A stretch of DNA of 64,000 nt from positions 17,732,001 to 17,796,000 of the forward strand of contig OX597836.1 of assembly GCA_951406725.2 (NCBI GenBank), in the 5' to 3' direction. Positions 53,989 to 64,000 of the stretch are shown one piece after another. The number at the start of each line of letters is the position of its first letter. The first letter of the stretch is position 1. The notes below the pieces were generated by a model. That model did not search any database, was not told the origin of the DNA, and saw nothing but the letters and a program-made list of their open reading frames with translations. A program made the position numbers and the translations under genes. This stretch comes from Octopus vulgaris (taxonomy: Eukaryota).

Positions 53989-54384
53989 TATATACTGTAA
54001 TATGAAAGGCGTGTGGACCCTGTGGAGTGGTTAGGACGTTGCATTCACAATCGAGAGCTTCTGGTTTCGATTTTCAGACCGGGAAGTACGTTGAATAAAA
54101 GTGAATAAAAAAAAAAAATGCCCACTTCATCTCGTGTTTTTCGTTGATAACTTCGATATCAATCATGCAGCAAACTGCGTACCTGTACAGGTAATGACGA
54201 TTTCATGGTGAGAGTGAACTAGTCAGATAATATGTAGCACAAACATTTGATCACTATAAACAAATCATTTTTATAGGTTATTCAACAAGAAATTGCCGAA
54301 GCCTCAGAAATCGTTTGCCATAGAAAAATACACAATATAATGTAATGCTCTCGCAATGATATTCTAGCATAGATCTTTCCGCAG

Positions 54385-54597
54385 CCATTTGTATCGCAGT
54401 AGCCAATTGCTATCCTTTCCTGTCCGTAGTATCCCACGCTTCTCGTCCGCCAGCAACACTCCTGAACTAAACATTGTAATGAGAGCAAACAAACTATCGT
54501 CTGCCAACCATAATAAAGCCTCTCTTGGAAATATTTCTTCTGATATTGTATTTGACCAATATTTACTGCAACGACGGCCAGCATTTATTATGAATTG
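54385..54597 (+). CDS. Candidate 213-nt symmetric exon (HLYRSSQLLSFPVRSIPRFSSASNTPELN...FIMN)
   Basis: tctttccgcag| acceptor, TTG|GTGAAT donor, open frame; minus-strand frames are also open and no homology is recognised. Confidence 0.2.
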
Positions 54598-55674
54598 GTG
54601 AATCAATTGCAGGAACAATTATATACTCAATATAAGCAACCAGACGAGACAATTTACCAATAATGACATTAATCGTTGACTGTAATATTGAAATATTACG
54701 TCAATATACAAACAGAAGCGCTAGAATCGTAGACTTTGTTAACATTCGTCTACGGTTGTAGTTTCACTTTTAAAAAAATCACTATTAAATTGTATAAAAT
54801 TGGGAGATATTTTATACGAGGTGGTATCAAAAACTTCCGGGACTAGTTCTATAATGCGCAGCACATGACAGCACAGTTGGCAGCACATGGTTGGGTGCAC
54901 AGTGAGAGCTAGCACTGATCTTCGCAACATCTCCTACAGTAGCAAACACAGGCTGCATCAAAAGTAGCTTCACCACCACCAAAAGCAACAACGACTGCAG
55001 AGTGTGCAGAGAAAACATCAACAGCTACAAAGACGGCAACGAAGATCACCACCGAAGCAGCCACAGTAGAAGCAGCAGCAGCACCACCTACAATGGAATG
55101 GATGCCATTTGCAACAGCAACTAAGGATACTCGAAAAAGCACAACTAAGATTAACTAAGATTAAGTGACCTAACGTTAAAGGTCACTAAGTATTAAACAA
55201 GCAAGTCTGACCATACCAATACAAAAGCCACGCCTATTTACCTACCCCTCGTTCTCGAACTTTTATCTTCTGTCTTCTCCCTTGCTTGGTAAAATTCACA
55301 ATTTTTTTTGATATATATAAAGGACAATAAATTTAACTTCAAACCACTTTTTGATAAATCCGATGAAGGGAGAAAGCGCTACAACTTTCAATAAAATGTT
55401 AATAAAAAAAATATATGATCAACCAACATCCTGACTACCATATTATTCAAACACACACACACACCCACACACACACATACACACACACACACACACACAT
55501 ACACACACAAACATACAAACACACACACACATATATAGATATAAATAGATATGCATGTATGTATATATATATATTTATATATATATACAGATATGTATGT
55601 ATATATATATATATATTTTATATATAGAGAGAGACAGAGATATGTATGTATACATATGGATATAGATATGTAAG

Positions 55675-55791
<117 letters not shown>

Positions 55792-55801
55792 TATCTGTAT
55801 A

Positions 55802-55843
<42 letters not shown>

Positions 55844-55859
55844 TATATACAGATATATA

Positions 55860-55905
<46 letters not shown>

Positions 55906-56033
55906 TGTATGTGTATATACATGCATACATGCATATACATATATATATATATATGGACATGTATATATATGTGTATAGATTTGTATGTATATAAGGACAT
56001 GTATATAGATATGTATATAGATATGTATATATA

Positions 56034-56102
<69 letters not shown>

Positions 56103-56396
56103 GCATTCTGTCTCGAGAGAATATTTCTGAGATGAGAAAAAGTATATAGAACTAATTAAGAAAGTCATTATTGAATGAGAAGCACCACCTGTACCCAGTC
56201 ATCTGAACGTAAGAAGGATTTTTTCAGAAATTAATTATTTGTTGTGTTATTTGACATAAACTCATGCACGAAAGCATACACATATATGCATTTGTATAAG
56301 TTCATATACATACACATGCATACATACAGGTACACAGAAACACACAAACTCACTGCCACACATACATATCTATATATATATGTTTATACATATATT

Positions 56397-57138
<742 letters not shown>

Positions 57139-57148
57139 TATATATATG

Positions 57149-57195
<47 letters not shown>

Positions 57196-57232
57196 AAGCT
57201 ACATTTGCATGTATGCGAATATATACATACAT

Positions 57233-57296
<64 letters not shown>

Positions 57297-57427
57297 TATA
57301 TTTTCTCATTTTCGCTTCCTTCAGTCATTTTGATTGCTTCCACGATGGAACACTGCCTTTAGTCGAACAAATCTACCGGTGGATTTATTCCTTGTAAACC
57401 TAGTACTTATTCTATAGGTCTAATTTG

Positions 57428-57722
57428 CTTTCGGGACAGTACTTCTTGATAAAACATGCAATTCGGCTGTTTTTGTTACGCTTGCGCCTGCCATGCGAGC
57501 ACCAACAATTCGACCTCTTTGAAAGTCCGATAGATCTGTCATTTTAATGGATTTTAATTACCTTTTTCTGATAATATCTGAAAAAGAACAGCAACACATA
57601 TTAAGCAACACTAACAATAAATCAAAGCAATATAAAAGAAACAAACTTTTGACGGATTTATAGACATTTCAAAATTATGATGCTATAATGCTAGATGTTT
57701 CCATTGCTTTGTCAAACCCCTA
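57428..57722 (-). mobile_element. Tc1-family transposon 5' end
   Basis: ATG at 57542 gives MTDLSDFQRGRIVGARMAGASVTKTAEL..SRSTV (paired-like HTH); TIR-like AGGGGTTTGACAAAGCAATGGAAACA. Confidence 0.85.
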
Positions 57723-58087
57723 CGGGAACTGGGGAGGGTATTTAAGCTACACGATAAACAAAACATGACAGAAAATAATAAAGTATATTGATTAATACCC
57801 GGAAATTTATGACTTGTACCAACTAATATCACAGGTATTAATATAAACTCTAACCCAGTTATTGTGGACCTTTGTCTAAAACCCTCAATAGAAAACATAT
57901 CACATGTTTATATGAATATATATATGTTTGTGTATTATTATTAAAATTATATAAAAAGAATAATATGAACTATTGAAATAATCCTTCCTTCTCAACACAT
58001 GTAATATGTAAGTACCTATGGGTATGTTTGTAAGTAAATATATATGCATGTATGTATATATGTGTATGTATGTATATGTATATATTT

Positions 58088-58475
58088 GAGCATGTCCTTT
58101 GGTGGCTGATGAAATGTGCATCTCTGATCAGGAACATGAGTAGTGGTGGAGCATTATAGTCATGTGTTGAGAAGAATTACTTGAAGTTTGAATAATTCAC
58201 CTCTAGAAGCATAGGTGTTTCGTTCATTATCCTTACAGAAACATGCAAGGAACTTTCAAGCGGGTTGGGCTACATGACCTTCAGAAAATTCTATTTGGGC
58301 CCCTCCTGCAAGGTCATGCTCTGTTTATCTTGATATGAGATCGCTATGTCGTGCACATATCGTTGTGTTGCATGTGCCTGGTCTACCCTTATCAGCAAGG
58401 TAGTCATGGTGGTTGTATTGGGCTTGGTGTATGTGTAGACCGTGTCAATTTGATGGCATGTATTGCTCTCTCATA
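58088..58475. mobile_element. Family C repeat, older truncated copy
   Basis: Diverged match to 14117-14508. Confidence 0.8.
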
Positions 58476-58544
58476 TTCAATATCAATGATGACACAAGTA
58501 GTAGTAGTAGTAGTAGTAGTAATCATTTTTATTATTATTTTTAT

Positions 58545-58955
58545 GTGTGGCTGTTTGGTAAGTAGCTTGCTTACCAAGTACATAGTTCCGGGGTCAGTCC
58601 CACTGCGAGGCACCTTGGGTAAGTGTCTTTTACTATAGCCTCGGGCCAACCAAAGCCTTGTGAGTGGATTTGGTAGACGGAAACTGAAAGAAGCCCGTCG
58701 TATATATGTGTATATATATATGTGTGTGTGTGTGTTTGTGTGTCTGTGTTTGTCCCCCCACCACATCGCTTGACAACCGATGTTGTTGTGTTTACGTCCC
58801 CGTAACGTAGCGGTTCGGGAAAAAGATGTCCGATAGAATAAGTACTAGGCTTACAAAGAATAAGTCCTGGGGTCGATTTGCTCGACTAAACGCGGTGCTC
58901 CAGCATGGCCACAGTCACATGACTGAAACAAGTAAAAGAGTAAAAGAGTAAAGAG
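58545..58955 (+). mobile_element. SINE family A
   Basis: Near-consensus copy with (GTAAAAGA)n tail. Confidence 0.9.
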
Positions 58956-59410
58956 AGTTAGCGCAAGCCCAGCAATTGCAAGGAAAGAGGCTAGTCGATT
59001 ACATCGATCCAAGCTGGTACTTATTATATCAATTCTGAAATGACGAAAGCCACTGACGAACTATGCGGAATTTGACCTCAGAACGTAAGGATGGATGAAA
59101 CGTAGCAAAATCATTTTCTCCGGCGTGCTAACGACTCGGCCACGAATGTGAAAATACGTATTTGTATTCTGAAGGATAATATAATTATATCATTATATTA
59201 TTATATTAGTACTGTTTGTATAGGTAGTCATATGTAAGCGTTTACAACTACTTGTTGTATTTCGATTGTGCATTCATCGTTAGCTCGTTATATTTAATTA
59301 TGTATTACCTCTGAATAGTAATTGTTTTTATATTCGTGAGTTCTCTGTTCTTTTCTGTTAATACGCTTAGCACAACGATATACACAGTGCATGCATATAT
59401 ATATATATAA

Positions 59411-59535
<125 letters not shown>

Positions 59536-59699
59536 TATGTATACACACACGTATACAAATATACACATGTATATTTATATATATACATATACATATATAT
59601 ACAAATATATACATACATATACATATATATCAATATATACAAATATAAATATATCTATATATATACATATATATACGCACATATTTACATATATATATA

Positions 59700-59733
<34 letters not shown>

Positions 59734-60052
59734 AACATATATATATACACACATATTTGTGGACATATGCATACACACACATATATACATATATATGTAA
59801 TGTATATATGTATATAAATATATATGTATATACACCAACATACATATGTATGTGTATATATCTATATGTGTATTTATACACACATACATGTATGTTTATA
59901 TATATATACATATATATATTCACATATACACAAACATGTATGTATATATATCTATGTATATACACATATATATATATTTATATATATATAAATGAATATA
60001 AATATTTATATATATATATATATATATCAATCTCTCTTTCTTTCTCTCTCTG

Positions 60053-60109
<57 letters not shown>

Positions 60110-60599
60110 GTGTGTGTGTATACACATTTATGTATGTATATTTTACTTAAAATTACATACGCACGCGATTCACAATTCGGACACGTTTCTATGAATATTT
60201 ATACTTCATTGAAATAAATTACCATTAAAACTTCATCATGAACAACGGCAACAACTACAACAACAATAAGCGTAACAATTTGAATACCAGCACCCACAAC
60301 AGTTGCAGTATCTGTAGGGTATGAATCCTATATATAATGATTTTATAAACATTTGTTCTCAATACTATATGATACCCCCCTTACGCACGATGACAAATCC
60401 TGCCCACCTACACCGCTTGACAACCGATGCTGGCGTGCTTACGTCCCCGTAACCTAGCGGTTCGGCAAAAGTACTAGGCTTCCAAAGAATAAGTCCTGGA
60501 GTCGATTTACTCGACCTAAGGCGGTGCTCCAGCATGCCCACAGTCAAATGACTGAAACAAGTAAAAGAGTAAAAGAGTAATAACATGGAGGTGGACGTT

Positions 60600-60850
60600 G
60601 CAGTATAAAGTCCTTCGACGCATTGGCCCGGTTACCCGGTTTCCATGGCGTATAAATGACGGAGCTCACAACATTTCCAAGAACGGAACGTCAGCCTGTT
60701 GCAGAGTTATGTATTTACGGCTGAGTGGCCTAGAGCAGCGTAAAAAAGTGTTTAGCTCAAGAACACAATGCACGCCCGACCCAGGGTTTCAAACCACGAT
60801 CTTGTAATCGTGAGTACAACACCCTATCGACCGGGCAACGCACCTTCACA
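60600..60850 (-). mobile_element. Old tRNA/CORE/Meta-type SINE
   Basis: Reverse tRNA head, TTCTTGAGC CORE-like block, CGCCATGGAAACCGGG tail; related heads at ~13040-13195, ~20130-20257 and ~54008-54085. Confidence 0.6.
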
Positions 60851-60929
60851 TGACATAAACGTAACCGGTTGTTATAATTGTTTGAAACAGAAGGCAGATA
60901 CATGACAGTCGTAAAATCGCATCTATCGA

Positions 60930-61195
60930 GGAATTCTGAGAAGGAAATGGAACTAGATCGGTTACACTCTAAGGAGACCTCAAAGCAACATTGCATGACA
61001 AAGGTTGGAATGACAACCTGAAGAGAATAGGGAAGTTGGATGATCTAAGAATACCTGGGAAGGATCTATGGAGGACGAAGCAAAGGCAATCGGTCTCTCT
61101 TGGTCTGAAATCAAGGAGGTAGCCCAAGATCGGTTCCAGAGGCATGAAATTGTTGCGGCTTATGCTCCTTTAGGAACAATGTGGACTAAATGATC
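60930..61195 (+). mobile_element. RTE-clade LINE 3' end fossil
   Basis: RRKWN*IGYTLRRPQSNIA*QRLE..NTW..GLSWSEIKEVAQDR motif. Confidence 0.78.
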
Positions 61196-62627
61196 ATAAA
61201 GACGAAAATACCCTCTAAATGTAACTATTAGTTTGAAAATAACCGAGATCAATCGTTTCCAGAGACTGAACGCCACTACCAGGTTTTTAAGTTCACTCTT
61301 GTACTTATAACATTTTGCAAAAAAATCCAACATTACGACAAATTACAGAAGCTATACACCTACAGGAAACCGACTAAAAACACACTTATTATTTAATATA
61401 AAGATGGCAGTGAGAGGAAAGATCGTTAGCATGCAGGACAAAATGCATAGCGGTATTTCGTTCGACCTGAGTGCAAATGCTGCTGAAGTCAGCTTTGCTT
61501 TTTCATCCTTTTGGGTCGATTAAAAAGTGTACCAATTGGGCACTGGAGTCGATGTAATCGATGTAATCGACTTACCTCACCTCACACACACTCATGCACG
61601 TGCGCACACACACACATACACACACGTGCGTATGCACACACACACCACGAATGTCTGGCCTTGTGCAAAAATGTGAAACTAATATTTAATATGAAGAACG
61701 TGTGGGGAAGCAACGCCCTAAGTGAATAAGCATCACCACAACAATACCCGAACAACGATAGAAATAAGTTCTAAAACAACTGAAGTCAACCAACACGAAC
61801 GCACATCGGCACACGCATACATAAACACTCATTGTTCTGACGCTAGCAACAACAATATAAATCAAAACGAACAAATAGAAATGCCACCAGCTCGAATGCT
61901 TAGTATGGAGATGTAACACAAGAGAAGCATCGACAAGGAAAACAATACATTTTTCTCTTTTAAGGAGAAAATATACACCTGTTGAGATTGATGGAGTGAA
62001 AATATTTTGGAGGATATCAACTGCATTGGAAAAAGTGAAGCAGAAAAGATAGCGACTTTAGTATTTATTAATTATGACATTTTCCCGAATATGACAATGT
62101 TACTAAATATCTAAGAAGTTATCTCAAAATGCTGTGGTATCTGGAAAAGAGAACACCCAGCTAAGTGGCAATTTGTAACAGGAATCTGCCAGCCAAGAAC
62201 ACAGAGGATTGGATTATGTTCTGATAGATAGATATTTTTGCTGGAATGTTCTCTTAAAGATGCATCACTAACATTATATGAATATTACATTTATGAAATA
62301 TTCAATACACACTTAGGCGCATGCATACACAGATATACGCAGGTTCGTGCGCACACATGTATTTGAAAAAAGATTTTCATACGAGTTAATATTTTTTTTT
62401 AAATCTTAGAATAACAGAAAAAACACAAACACAAATTTTCGTATTCTGAGAGACACTTTAAGTGTTCAATTTTTGAAACACCTGTCTTACAGGGAATCTG
62501 TAAAGCGAAAGTGGTTTTTAATACTAGACCAACAGTTCTCTATACAAATTACCCCATAACACCTGTATTTGAAAAACTGAGCTTCGAAAGCGCTTACACA
62601 CAATGAGGAAACTACCTTCCAAAAAGT

Positions 62628-62940
62628 TTGTTGTTGTTGTTTGTTCCTTCTCGAGGCACGCCTGGCTCATAAGGGCCGGTTTCCCGGTTTCCTTGGCGTA
62701 TGGGTTCCCCACCTGGACGGGAAGCCGGTCCGTGGCAGGTAAGCTGCTAGATGCAGGAGAAAATAGTGAGAGAAAGTTGTGGCGAAAGAGTCAGCAGAGG
62801 TTCGCTATTACCGTCTGCCGGAGCCGCGTGGAACTTAGGTTTATCGCTCATAAACACACACACCACCCGGTCTGAGATTCGAACCCGCGATCCCTCGACT
62901 GCAAATCTACTGCTCTAACCACTAGGCCATGTGACTCCAC
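62628..62940 (-). mobile_element. Full-length tRNA-derived SINE with Meta-domain-like body and (CAA)n tail
   Basis: TGGCCTAGTGGTTAG A-box, GGTTCGAATC B-box, CCCGTCCAGG..GAAACCGGG; TSD AAAAAGT(T/A)TG. Confidence 0.85.
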
Positions 62941-64000
62941 AAAAAGTATGTGTCATTGTGTTTTCTAAAAGTTTTTTTAAGACAGTTATAAAGTTTCAGG
63001 AAAATATTTTTTCAAAGCCGTTATATATATGTATATTTATACACATACGCACATATGTATATATATATATATATATATAGTAAATCAAAGGCTATGAGTG
63101 AAAGTATTAATAAATGTATTAATGAAAGGAAAATATACAAGACACATGTTTATTAAAATATTTATCACCCTTGGCCTTATTTCTATTCCATACAAATTCG
63201 ATTTGATTTTGTCTCATCACAAAAGACACATTCTATAAACATATTAACGCTGCTGTAAATTTTCGTTACATATTTAGGATACAGCGATAATTTCATTTAT
63301 ATTAAATGTTTTATTTGAATACAAATTTGGTAAAGATATATGATATATGATATGTCTTTGTGTGTGTGTGTGTACAGAAAATGATTTCTCAACTTTGATA
63401 AGTGTTACATCTTGATGACAAAAAAGAATTTTTTAAAAAATGGTAGTATTATGTGTCTCGGCTCTTTTACTTGGCTTAGTTATTGGGTTGCGGTCATACT
63501 GGTGCCTTGGCATAGCCCGGTGCATGCATTTGTATTTAACCGGCTAAAATAATTCAAGTTCTCTCGGTCGAACATATCGAACCAGTACATAATTTATAAA
63601 TCTGAAATTTTAGCTTAGTTTATCAGTCTGTGTACAAGGAGGTAAACAAAGTCAAACCGATTCTCAAACGTTATGGAGACAAACACAGACATAACCACAC
63701 ACATCTGTACCAAGATAAATCTGATCCAACCATACGTCAAGAAATAGACATCATTTTTACCTACCTAAATCATTAGGTAGGTCTAATAAAAATGCTAATT
63801 ATGCAAAAACAAACATTTATTAATGTGACATTTAATTTTCAACACCAAATATAATCATAACGGACTTTATAACGAACATAATGATATATTTGAATGGAAA
63901 TAATACAAGAAATATGAGGTTATGAAGTTATTAATGATGGATATTTGATCCGCCACATGAGAGAGCGTCCCTGGAGCGTTTATCCATTGAATTTGTCATG

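Noticed and set aside
62855-62940. tRNA gene
   Set aside because: The A and B boxes belong to a SINE head that continues into a body, a (CAA)n tail and a TSD; no proper acceptor stem. The same applies to 48929-49006.

Overview
This is AT-rich eukaryotic DNA saturated with microsatellites and retroposons. The SINE families resemble those I recall from octopus (coleoid cephalopod) genomes; this is pattern recognition, not a database result. No host protein-coding gene can be called confidently: almost all ORF-track entries are translated (TA)n/(TACA)n/(AAT)n/(TTC)n runs, and only a few weak exon candidates remain. Real content includes about 20 copies of a tRNA/CORE SINE with an internal microsatellite, about 15 copies of a tRNA/Nin-domain SINE, Meta-type SINEs, remnants of R4/Dong, Tx1/L1, CR1-like and RTE LINEs, a Penelope GIY-YIG fragment, Tc1/mariner/hAT fossils and MITEs. 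The most notable signal is a set of short non-coding elements inserted into (TA)n/(CA)n tracts that carry hammerhead-ribozyme folds. These are one canonical type I hammerhead (27635-27677), one U4C core variant (46658-46695) and a four-copy family of minimal hammerheads with a conserved non-canonical CUGUNGA core. Two ~250-280 bp fold-back palindromes also sit in (TA)n. Together these suggest a Penelope-associated, retrozyme-like system.
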